Assembly (NCBI GenBank): GCA_015067635.1
Contig: SVMA01000001.1
Location: 26,913-90,912, forward strand
DNA length: 64,000 bases
Direction: 5' to 3'
From: Oscillospiraceae bacterium
Lineage (GTDB): Bacteria; Bacillota; Clostridia; Oscillospirales; Oscillospiraceae
The notes beneath the pieces are model-generated. The model saw only the letters and a list, made by a program, of their open reading frames with translations. It was not told where the DNA came from and ran no database searches. Every line of letters starts with the position of its first letter. Within the stretch, counting starts at the first letter, position 1. Shown here piece after piece: positions 18,562 through 26,610 of the stretch. The position numbers and the translations under genes are program-made.

Positions 18562-19503
18562 ATGTCTTTCGCACCTAAGACACAGCCCTTTAGCGGCAAG
18601 ATCAATGCCGTTACCCTGGGCACCGGTGACAAAGCCGTGGTGATCGGCGGTCAGAACGTCCTGCCCTTCTACACCTTTGATGCACCCATCGAAAACGCTC
18701 CCAAGATCGGCGTGGAGATCTCTGATGCCGCTACCGCTTGGACTGCTCCCGGTCTGAAGGAATTTTATGCCGGATGCACCACCATGGCTGACTTTGCAAA
18801 GAAGGCAGAGACCATGGAAGGCGCTGATTTCCTGTGCCTGAACTTTGAATCCGCAGACCCCAACGGCGCCAACCGCCCCGTTGCTGACTGTGTAGCAGAC
18901 GCCAAGGCAGTGGCCGAGGCCGTTTCCCTGCCCATCGTCATCATGGGCTGCAAGAACATGGAAAAAGACGGCGAGCTGTTCAGCAAGATCGCTGAGGCTC
19001 TGCAAGGCAAGAACATCCTGGTGATGTCCGCCAAGAACGAGGACTACAAGACCGTCGGTGCTTCCGTCGCTCTGGCTTACGGCCAGAAGGTAGGCGCAGA
19101 AACCGCTGACGATATCAACCTGGCAAAGCAGCTGAACATCATGCTCAAGGGTCTGTCCATTGCACCCGAGGCCATTGTGATGAACATCGGTACTGCAGCT
19201 GTTGGTTACGGCTATGAATATGTGGCCTCCACATTGGACCGCGTCCGTCTGGCCGCTTTGGCTCAGTCCGATGCCGACCTGCAGATGCCCATCATTGCAC
19301 CTGTGTCCACCGACACCTGGGGCGTCAAGGAATCCACCGCATCCGAAGCCGACGAGCCCGCATGGGGCTGCGCTGAAGAGCGTGCCATCGACATGGAAGT
19401 GGCTACCGCCGCTGCCGACCTGACCGGTGGTGCCGATGCAGTGATCATGCGTCATCCCGCTGCAATCGCAACCATCAAAAAGTTCATTTCTGAACTTGTC
19501 TAA
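18562..19503 (+). CDS. acsD: Corrinoid iron-sulfur protein small subunit
   Basis: GGQNVLPFY, DINLAKQLN, GYGYEY, RLAAL, GADAVIMRHP. Confidence 0.95.
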   Translation: MSFAPKTQPFSGKINAVTLGTGDKAVVIGGQNVLPFYTFDAPIENAPKIGVEISDAATAWTAPGLKEFYAGCTTMADFAKKAETMEGADFLCLNFESADPNGANRPVADCVADAKAVAEAVSLPIVIMGCKNMEKDGELFSKIAEALQGKNILVMSAKNEDYKTVGASVALAYGQKVGAETADDINLAKQLNIMLKGLSIAPEAIVMNIGTAAVGYGYEYVASTLDRVRLAALAQSDADLQMPIIAPVSTDTWGVKESTASEADEPAWGCAEERAIDMEVATAAADLTGGADAVIMRHPAAIATIKKFISELV

Positions 19504-19523
19504 TCGAAAGGAGGATACATATT

Positions 19524-21794
19524 ATGGCTTTGAAAGGTCTTGACATTTTTAAGATTTCTCCCAAGAAGAACTGTAAGGAGTGCGGCAGCCCCACTTGTAT
19601 GGCTTTCTGTATGAAGGTTGCACAGGGTGCTGCGGAAATCGACAAGTGCCCCTACTTCTCCGACGAAGCAAAGGCAATGCTCAACGAGCAGACTGCTCCT
19701 CCCATGAAGACCATCTCCGTGGGCGAGCATAAGCTGGGTGGCGAAACCGTTTTGTTCCGTCACGAAAAAACTCTGGTCAGCAAGAACCTGTACGCTGTTA
19801 ATGTCTGCACCTGCATGGACGATGCTGCCGTAGATGCCAAGCTGGCTGACTTGCAGAAGGTGGATTACGAGCGTATCGGTGAAAGAATGTATGTGGAGTT
19901 TGTCTTTGTTGCCAACAAGCAGGACGATCCCGCTGTGTATGCAAATCTGGTTAAGAAGGCTGCCGCTACCGGCCGCAGTCTGGTTTTGGAATGCTGGGAC
20001 GTCGAGTGCGCAAAGGCAGCTCTGGCTGTGTGCGGCAAGGATGTTATTCTGGACGGTGCTACCCCTGCAAACTGGGAAGCTATGAACGCCGTTGCCACCG
20101 AAGCCGGTGTTGCATTGGGCGTTTGGGCAGAGAACATCTCTGACCTGTACGACACCGTGAAGAATCTGGAAGCCAAGGGCAACAAGAACCTGGTTCTGGA
20201 TGCCACCGGCAAGACCGCAAAGGAAACTTTGGCCAATGCTGTTTTGATTCGCCGTACTGCCATTAAGGATGGCGACCGTTCCTTCGGTTATCCCTCCATC
20301 GTAAACGTTGCAAGACTTGCAAAGGGCGACAGCCGTCTGCAGACCGCTTATGCCGCAATGTTCACTGAGAAGTATGCTTCCATCATCGTTATGGATACCA
20401 TGACCTATGCACAGGCTCTGCCTCTGTACGGTCTGCGTCAGAATATCTTCACCGATCCTCAGAAGCCCATGAAGGTGGAAGCCAAGATCTACCCTCTGAA
20501 CGGCGCTGACGAAAACAGCCCCTGCTGTCTGACCGTTGACTTTGCTCTGACTTACTTCCTGGTTTCCGGCGAATTGGAGCGTTCCAATCAGCCCATTAAC
20601 CTGATCATCACCGACGCTTCCGGTATGTCCGTTTTGACTGCCTGGGCTGCCGGCAAGCTGTCCTCCTCCACCATCAAGAAGACCTTCGAGGAGCTGGATG
20701 TGGAGAACAAGATCAAGAACCGCACCCTGATCATCCCCGGCAAGGTTGCCGTCATGAAGGGTGAAATTCAGGAGAAGTTGCCCGGCTGGAACGTGGTCGT
20801 CGGTCCTCTGGAAGCTGTTCAGCTGCCCAAGTACATGAAAGATAAGGAATACGAAGCTGCCGCCAAGGCCGCCGCTGCTGAAAATGCCGCCAAGGCCGCT
20901 ACCACCGTGGAAGTCAAGGAGCTGTCCTTCGACGAGCTGCTGGCTACCAAGGTGCCCAAGATCGAAGTGGTTGACATGGGCGTGCAGTACAAGGGTCACA
21001 ATCCCGAGTCCCAGACCTTTGTCACCATTGGCGAGCGTATTCACTGTATTGCTCCCGCTATCCGCAAGGCAATGGACGAACGGGATCCCGAGCCCATTTT
21101 GAAGCGTGCCGCTGAGCAGATTGCCGCCGGCGCTACCTATCTGGATGTCAACATCGGACCTGCCGAGAAGGACGGTCCCGAGCGTATGATGTGGGCTGTC
21201 AAGCTGCTGCAGGAGAACTTCAACAATGTGCCTCTGGCATTGGATACTGCCAACAAGAAGGCTATCGAAGCCGGTATTAAGGTTTATAACCGTACCAACG
21301 GCAAGCCCATCGTCAACTCTGCTGATGCCGGCTCCCGTATCTCTTACATCGATCTGGCCGCCGCTAACGATGCAATCTGTATCGCTCTGTGTTCTGCCGA
21401 CGGCATTGCAAAGGATAACGAAGAGCGCATGAAGCACTGCCACAACATGCTGGAGCGCGGCATGAGCCTGGGCATGACTTCCGACGATCTGTGGTTCGAC
21501 CCCCTGTTCCTGGTTGTCAAGGGCATGCAGGACAAGCAGATGGAAGTTCTGGAAGCCATCCGTCTGTTCTCTGCCGAGGGTCTGAAGTCCACCGGCGGTC
21601 TCAGCAACAACTCCAACGGTGCACCTAAGGAGGTTCGTCCCATCATGGACTCCGCTTTGGTCGCTATGTGTATGATGCAGGGTCTGACCTCTGCCATCGT
21701 CAACCCCAACGACCGCCGCTTGATGGAGACCATCAAGTCCTGCGATATCTTCAAGAACCACGTGCTGTATTCCGACAGCTATCTGGATCTGTAA
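19524..21794 (+). CDS. acsC: CFeSP large subunit AcsC fused to methyl-THF:corrinoid methyltransferase AcsE
   Basis: N-terminal NCKECGSPTCMAF...CP, GGETVLFRHEK, SVLTAWAAGK; Ala-rich linker; C-terminal IGERI, LDVNIG, LALDT, IVNS, FDPL, GLSN pterin-binding barrel. Confidence 0.93.
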   Translation: MALKGLDIFKISPKKNCKECGSPTCMAFCMKVAQGAAEIDKCPYFSDEAKAMLNEQTAPPMKTISVGEHKLGGETVLFRHEKTLVSKNLYAVNVCTCMDDAAVDAKLADLQKVDYERIGERMYVEFVFVANKQDDPAVYANLVKKAAATGRSLVLECWDVECAKAALAVCGKDVILDGATPANWEAMNAVATEAGVALGVWAENISDLYDTVKNLEAKGNKNLVLDATGKTAKETLANAVLIRRTAIKDGDRSFGYPSIVNVARLAKGDSRLQTAYAAMFTEKYASIIVMDTMTYAQALPLYGLRQNIFTDPQKPMKVEAKIYPLNGADENSPCCLTVDFALTYFLVSGELERSNQPINLIITDASGMSVLTAWAAGKLSSSTIKKTFEELDVENKIKNRTLIIPGKVAVMKGEIQEKLPGWNVVVGPLEAVQLPKYMKDKEYEAAAKAAAAENAAKAATTVEVKELSFDELLATKVPKIEVVDMGVQYKGHNPESQTFVTIGERIHCIAPAIRKAMDERDPEPILKRAAEQIAAGATYLDVNIGPAEKDGPERMMWAVKLLQENFNNVPLALDTANKKAIEAGIKVYNRTNGKPIVNSADAGSRISYIDLAAANDAICIALCSADGIAKDNEERMKHCHNMLERGMSLGMTSDDLWFDPLFLVVKGMQDKQMEVLEAIRLFSAEGLKSTGGLSNNSNGAPKEVRPIMDSALVAMCMMQGLTSAIVNPNDRRLMETIKSCDIFKNHVLYSDSYLDL

Positions 21795-21813
21795 GAAATA
21801 ATCCCGCATTTAT

Positions 21814-21841
21814 GGCTGGGAGGGAACACTCCCTCCCAGCC
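21814..21841 (+). terminator. GC-rich hairpin between acsC::E and acsB
   Basis: GGCTGGGAGGGA-ACAC-TCCCTCCCAGCC; weak U-tract, so terminator or processing stem. Confidence 0.5.
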
Positions 21842-21919
21842 GGTTTGCTTATATTGCCTTCGTATATTCTGCCACACGGCCTTATATACATTTACCATTC
21901 AAATTAGGAGGAGAATATT

Positions 21920-24043
21920 ATGAGTGTATTAACTGATCTGATCTACGGCGGCAGTAATGCCGTTGCCGGTCTTACCGAAGGCGCTGTCAAGGATGCCATT
22001 GCAAAATATGGCGCAGAGAAGGAAATTTCTTTCCCTGATACTGCCTATTATTTCCCCACCATCTACGCCGCAACCGGCGTGAAGGTAAAGACCCTGGGAG
22101 ATCTGACTGCCTGCGTAGGCGTCCTGAAGAGCCTGATCACCAATCAGGAGGATCTGGGTCAGGCCTTGAACGCCGGTTTGGCCACTGCTGTGGGTGCTGA
22201 GATCCTTGAGGGCTTGAAATATCTGGAAGCAGACCCCTACGCCAACGAATCCGGCATCGGCTTTGTTCCCGACCCCATCATTCGTTCTCTGGGCGTGCCG
22301 CTGGTTACCGGCGATATCCCCGGCGTAGCCGTTGTTTTGGGCAAGGCCGACAACGCCGCCGATGTGGTGAATGTGGTAAAGGGCTACCAGTCCAAGGGCA
22401 TTATGACCTTCCTGGTTGGCGATGTCATTGAGCAGTGTGCCGAGGGCGGCGTAAAAATGGGTCTGGAGCTGCGCGTCATTCCCTTGGGTCATGATGTGAC
22501 CTCTGTCATTCACGTTGTTACCGTTGCAGTCCGTGCAGCCTTGATTTTTGGCAACATTCAGCCCGGTGATCTGGCCGGCTTGCTGGACTACACCAAAAAC
22601 CGTGTGCCCGCTTTTGTCAACACCTTCGGTGCCATTGATGCCGTGGTGGTTTCCGCCGGTGCAGGTGCCATCGCTTTGGGCTTCCCCGTTGTGGTGGATA
22701 TCGACCTGGGCGAGAACCAGGTTCCCGGTGCATTGGAGTCCGTTTGCGATCACAGTAACACCGTGAAGAAGTCTCTGGAACTGCGCGACATCAAGATCAA
22801 GACCACCGAACTGCCCATTCCCGTGGCTTTTGCGGCCGCTTTTGAGGGCGAAATCATCCGCAAGGCGGATATGCACAACGAATTCTTCTCCGGCAAGAAT
22901 CCCACCGCGGAGCTGGTTGTCATGCGGGAACTTTCCGAAATTGAGGACCACAAAATTTCTATCATCGGTCCGGACTTGGATCAAGCCTCCGAGTTGGCTC
23001 TGGCTACCTATGTGGAAGTGGCCGGCAAAAAAATGCAGGTGGACTTTGAGTCTGTTATCGAACGGAAATTCCACGCCTGGTTTAACTACATGGAAGGCGT
23101 GATGCACACCGGCCAGCGGAATCAGGTACGTATTCGTGTATCCAATGCGGCCTTTGAAGCCGGTCTGCGGCTGAAGGACTTTGCAGAGGTCCTGTACGTT
23201 ATGATCATGAATGAATTTGCGGCGGTGGTAGACAAGTGCCAAATCACCCTCATCACTGATGCCGCTGAGGCCGCCAAGTTCCGGGATGAAAAGGCAATGC
23301 CCCGTTACAGCCAAAGAGATGACCGTCTGGCATCCATGACGGACGAAGCTGTTGACCGCTACTACACCTGTATTCTCTGCCAGTCCTTTGCGCCTGCCCA
23401 CTGCTGTGTGGTCACTCCCGAACGGCTGGGTCTGTGCGGTGCTGTTTCCTGGCTGGATGCCAAGGCAACCAACGAACTGAATCCCAACGGTCCCTGCCAG
23501 CCCATTTTCAAGGAAGGCTTGCTGGATGAGCGCACCGGCCGGTTTGAGTCTGTCAACAAGATGATTACCGAAGCTACCCACGGTGCTGTAGAAAATGTAA
23601 CCCTGTACTCCATTCTGGAAGATCCCATGACCTCCTGCGGCTGCTTTGAATGTATCTGCGGCATCGAGCCTATGAGCAACGGCTTCATCGTGGTCAACCG
23701 GGAATTCAAGGGCATGACTCCCGCAGGCATGACCTTCGGCGAATTGGCATCCTGCACCGGCGGTGGTGTCCAAACTCCCGGCTATATGGGTCACGGCCGT
23801 CACTTCATCGCATCCAAGAAATTCATCTCCGCTGAGGGCGGCATCGAGCGAATCGTGTGGATGCCCAAGGAGCTGAAGGATGATGTGGCTGAACGGCTGA
23901 ACAAGACAGCCTTTGAGCTGTACGGCATCGAAAACTTCGTGGATCTGGTGGCTGACGAAACCGTCACCACCGACGGTGAAGAATTGCTGAACTGGCTGAC
24001 GGAGAAAAACCATCCCGTTTTGGGCATGGAACCGTTGCTGTAA
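21920..24043 (+). CDS. acsB: Acetyl-CoA synthase
   Basis: FPDTAY, DPIIRSLGVPLVTGDIPG, A-cluster CILCQSFAPAHC...LGLCG and MTSCGCFEC; 707 aa clostridial type. Confidence 0.97.
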   Translation: MSVLTDLIYGGSNAVAGLTEGAVKDAIAKYGAEKEISFPDTAYYFPTIYAATGVKVKTLGDLTACVGVLKSLITNQEDLGQALNAGLATAVGAEILEGLKYLEADPYANESGIGFVPDPIIRSLGVPLVTGDIPGVAVVLGKADNAADVVNVVKGYQSKGIMTFLVGDVIEQCAEGGVKMGLELRVIPLGHDVTSVIHVVTVAVRAALIFGNIQPGDLAGLLDYTKNRVPAFVNTFGAIDAVVVSAGAGAIALGFPVVVDIDLGENQVPGALESVCDHSNTVKKSLELRDIKIKTTELPIPVAFAAAFEGEIIRKADMHNEFFSGKNPTAELVVMRELSEIEDHKISIIGPDLDQASELALATYVEVAGKKMQVDFESVIERKFHAWFNYMEGVMHTGQRNQVRIRVSNAAFEAGLRLKDFAEVLYVMIMNEFAAVVDKCQITLITDAAEAAKFRDEKAMPRYSQRDDRLASMTDEAVDRYYTCILCQSFAPAHCCVVTPERLGLCGAVSWLDAKATNELNPNGPCQPIFKEGLLDERTGRFESVNKMITEATHGAVENVTLYSILEDPMTSCGCFECICGIEPMSNGFIVVNREFKGMTPAGMTFGELASCTGGGVQTPGYMGHGRHFIASKKFISAEGGIERIVWMPKELKDDVAERLNKTAFELYGIENFVDLVADETVTTDGEELLNWLTEKNHPVLGMEPLL

Positions 24044-24064
24044 TAAAGAAAAGGTGTTTCTATC

Positions 24065-24301
24065 ATAGAATTAGTCAAAAAGTTTTTCCCCTTTGCATTC
24101 GGACCTAAGGATGTCGCAGAGCTGGTCATTCGCGTAGTGATTCTGGTCGCCGTTGGTATTATCATCGGCTTTGTCATCGGTCTGTTGACCTTCATTCCCA
24201 TTCTGGGAATTTTGATTGGTCTTATCGGCACGCTGATCGACCTGTACATCCTCACGACCATCGTGTTCACCTTCTTGATTTACTTCAAAGTAATGCAATA
24301 A
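24065..24301 (+). CDS. Small hydrophobic membrane protein (78 aa) with non-canonical ATA start; absent from ORF track
   Basis: Open frame (M)ELVKKFFPFAFGPKDVAELVIRVVILVAVG...IDLYILTTIVFTFLIYFKVMQ; AAGGTG 8 nt upstream; terminator directly after. Confidence 0.65.
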   Translation: MELVKKFFPFAFGPKDVAELVIRVVILVAVGIIIGFVIGLLTFIPILGILIGLIGTLIDLYILTTIVFTFLIYFKVMQ

Positions 24302-24312
24302 TCAAAATTAAA

Positions 24313-24342
24313 AACGGGTCGGTGCTGATGCACCGACCCGTT
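24313..24342. terminator. Terminator closing acs operon
   Basis: AACGGGTCGGTGC-TGAT-GCACCGACCCGTT between convergent genes. Confidence 0.8.
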
Positions 24343-24352
24343 AACGTTATCC

Positions 24353-24907
24353 TTATTCCATTACCGTTCCATCCGGATGGAACAGCGGCAGTTTTTCCAA
24401 ATAAATCAGGTCCTCCCGATCCTGGGCGTCTCCCTCTGCCAAAATGGCCATCCGTCCGCAGACGATTCCGCCGGCCTTTTCCACCAACGCTTCCAATGCG
24501 GAAAGGCTTTCTCCGGTGGATATCACGTCGTCCACGATCAAAATCCGTTTACCCTTCATCATCTCCGCATCATTGCCGTCAAGATACAGATGCTGCTCCT
24601 TAGCCGTGGTGATGGAGTTCACGGAGACCTCAAACAAATCCCGCATATACAGCTTCGCACCCTTACGGGCCAGTACATACTTCTTATCCCCTGCCTGCCG
24701 TGCCATTTCGTGAATCAGCGGAATACCCTTGGCCTCAGCGGTAATGAGGTAGTCATATTCCGGTGCTTTTTTCAAAAGCTCCGCGGCACAGGCCACAGTC
24801 AGCTCCGGATCTCCAAAAATCACAAAGCCGGCAATGTACAGTTCATCCGTCACCTTACATATGGGAAGCTGACGCTCCAACCCGGCAATGGTCATGGTAT
24901 GAAACAT
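24353..24907 (-). CDS. Purine phosphoribosyltransferase (APRT-like)
   Basis: TAEAKGIP, LARK, ILIVDDVISTGES PRPP motif. Confidence 0.88.
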   Translation of the reverse strand: MFHTMTIAGLERQLPICKVTDELYIAGFVIFGDPELTVACAAELLKKAPEYDYLITAEAKGIPLIHEMARQAGDKKYVLARKGAKLYMRDLFEVSVNSITTAKEQHLYLDGNDAEMMKGKRILIVDDVISTGESLSALEALVEKAGGIVCGRMAILAEGDAQDREDLIYLEKLPLFHPDGTVME

Positions 24908-24973
24908 GGAAATCGCTCCTTAATACACAGAATTTCTAATATTATTATACTACAATGGCGAAAAAAGTCAAGT

Positions 24974-26239
24974 TTATACATCGCCCCGGCGGACAGAAGG
25001 CTTGGGCTTGATATCCCCTGCGGCAGTCAATGCCAGCTTGGTCAGCAACGGGCCGACCAGCTCATAAATCAGCACAGAAAACAGCACGATGTTGCGAATG
25101 ATCGCTCCCTCTGCACTAAACTGAGCAGCCGCAGTAACGGACATGCCCAGCGCAACGCCTGCCTGGGGCAGTAGGGTGATTCCCAGATATTTGCTGATGC
25201 TTGGTTCACAGCGCATCAGCCTTGCACTGACACCGGCACCGAAAAGCTTTCCGGCGGACCGGCTGAGAATATAGGCTACCCCAATGCCCACGACAGCCAG
25301 ATCTCCAAACACCGTCAAATCCAGCTCTGCACCGGAAATAACAAAAAACAGAACATAAATCGGTGCAGTCCAACGCTCCGTCTTGTACATGATCTCCTCA
25401 GAGAAATCGCACAGATTGCAGAAAACGGTACTGCACATCATGGTCACCAGCAAGGAAGAGAATCCGATTTCCAAGCCGCCTTCAAAATGAAAACGAAGCT
25501 TGGACAGGGCCGCACAAATAATAACGAAGGCCACTGCCAGACTCAACCGCTTGGAGCCGGAATTGAAGAATTTTTCCACCGTGCTGAACACCCATCCCAG
25601 CAGTGCTCCCAACGTCAAAGAGCCCATGATCTCAATCACGGGGTTGACCAACAGGGAAACCATATTCACAGAGCCGCTGATCAGTGCCCGGGCAATGCCG
25701 GTGGAAACCGCGAACACCACCAGCCCCACTGCGTCATCCAAGGCGACAACCGGGAGCAAAATATCCGTCAGCGGACCCTTTGCCTTATACTGATTGATGA
25801 CCATCAAGGTAGCCGCCGGTGCAGTCGCAGTAGCGATGGCGCCCAAAATCAGGCAGGTGGAAATCGGCAGGCGGTCTCCCAAAACAAGGTGCAGTCCCAC
25901 CAGCACCAAATCCACAAGCAAGGTTGCCGTCAGTGCTTGAAAAATGGCAATTACCGTGGCTTGCCGTCCGGTTTTCCGCAGGGCAGAGATCCGGAACTCG
26001 CTACCGATAGAAAAAGCAATGAAGCCCAATGCCACGTCGCACAAAAGCCCCATTTCCTCCACAAACGCAAAGGAAGCAAAGCCCAGGCCGGGTACTCCCA
26101 ACCGTCCCAGCACCATCGGTCCCACCAGAACGCCTGCCACCAGGTAGCTGGTAACGTCCGGCAAATTGACCTTGGAAGCCAATCGGGACAAAAAAAGGCC
26201 GGCAAACATTGCAATGCCAATGGCCAGCAGTACTTCCAT
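24974..26239 (-). CDS. Cation:proton antiporter (CPA2-like)
   Basis: About 12 TM; IGSEF, ATAPAAT, VALDD, FFVISGA, LLPQAGVALG. Confidence 0.9.
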   Translation of the reverse strand: MEVLLAIGIAMFAGLFLSRLASKVNLPDVTSYLVAGVLVGPMVLGRLGVPGLGFASFAFVEEMGLLCDVALGFIAFSIGSEFRISALRKTGRQATVIAIFQALTATLLVDLVLVGLHLVLGDRLPISTCLILGAIATATAPAATLMVINQYKAKGPLTDILLPVVALDDAVGLVVFAVSTGIARALISGSVNMVSLLVNPVIEIMGSLTLGALLGWVFSTVEKFFNSGSKRLSLAVAFVIICAALSKLRFHFEGGLEIGFSSLLVTMMCSTVFCNLCDFSEEIMYKTERWTAPIYVLFFVISGAELDLTVFGDLAVVGIGVAYILSRSAGKLFGAGVSARLMRCEPSISKYLGITLLPQAGVALGMSVTAAAQFSAEGAIIRNIVLFSVLIYELVGPLLTKLALTAAGDIKPKPSVRRGDV

Positions 26240-26357
26240 AAAAAAGCCTTCTTTCTAAACGCAATTTATCCTTTTCAATTATAGCAACCTTTTTCAAGTT
26301 TTCAAGTGGTTTTTTGTACAACTTTTAACTAATTTACGGAAAAAAGCATAGCATATT

Positions 26358-26486
26358 TACAGGAAAAACCCGCTGTGTAAAACAGCGGGTTTTTCCCATT
26401 AAGGGGTTTGGAAAGAAGAGAGGTAGAAAAAAGCTTTTCTATTGTAAAGAAAAGCGGTTCACGGCATCCGCTTCCCTTTACAACTG
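26358..26486 (-). ncRNA. Candidate small RNA
   Basis: TATGAT -10, 16-bp 5' stem with G-U pairs valid only on minus strand, second stem, CU-rich linker, own terminator. Confidence 0.4.
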
Positions 26487-26555
26487 TATCATAATGGAGC
26501 TTTTTGAACAGCAAATCACAAATTTGAAAACAAATTTCGACTTTTTTGTGAACGA

Positions 26556-26582
26556 AAAGGCCGCACCCGAAGGCGCGGCCTT
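26556..26582 (-). terminator. Terminator of ABC/nuclease operon
   Basis: AAGGCCGCGCC-TTCG-GGTGCGGCCTTTT on minus strand. Confidence 0.8.
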
Positions 26583-26610
26583 GATCCCAAATTCGCTTAT
26601 TGCTTAGAAC

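Noticed and set aside
19500-24013. Long antisense ORFs (769 aa and 694 aa) opposite acsC::E and acsB
   Set aside because: Mirror frames of strongly codon-biased genes; no motifs or SD
24041-24067. Readthrough fusion of acsB to the in-frame membrane ORF
   Set aside because: Two consecutive TAA stops and a separate SD-like sequence favour independent initiation
26240-26500. c-di-AMP or Na+ riboswitch for the antiporter
   Set aside because: No recognisable consensus, and the antiporter has its own promoter downstream of the structured region
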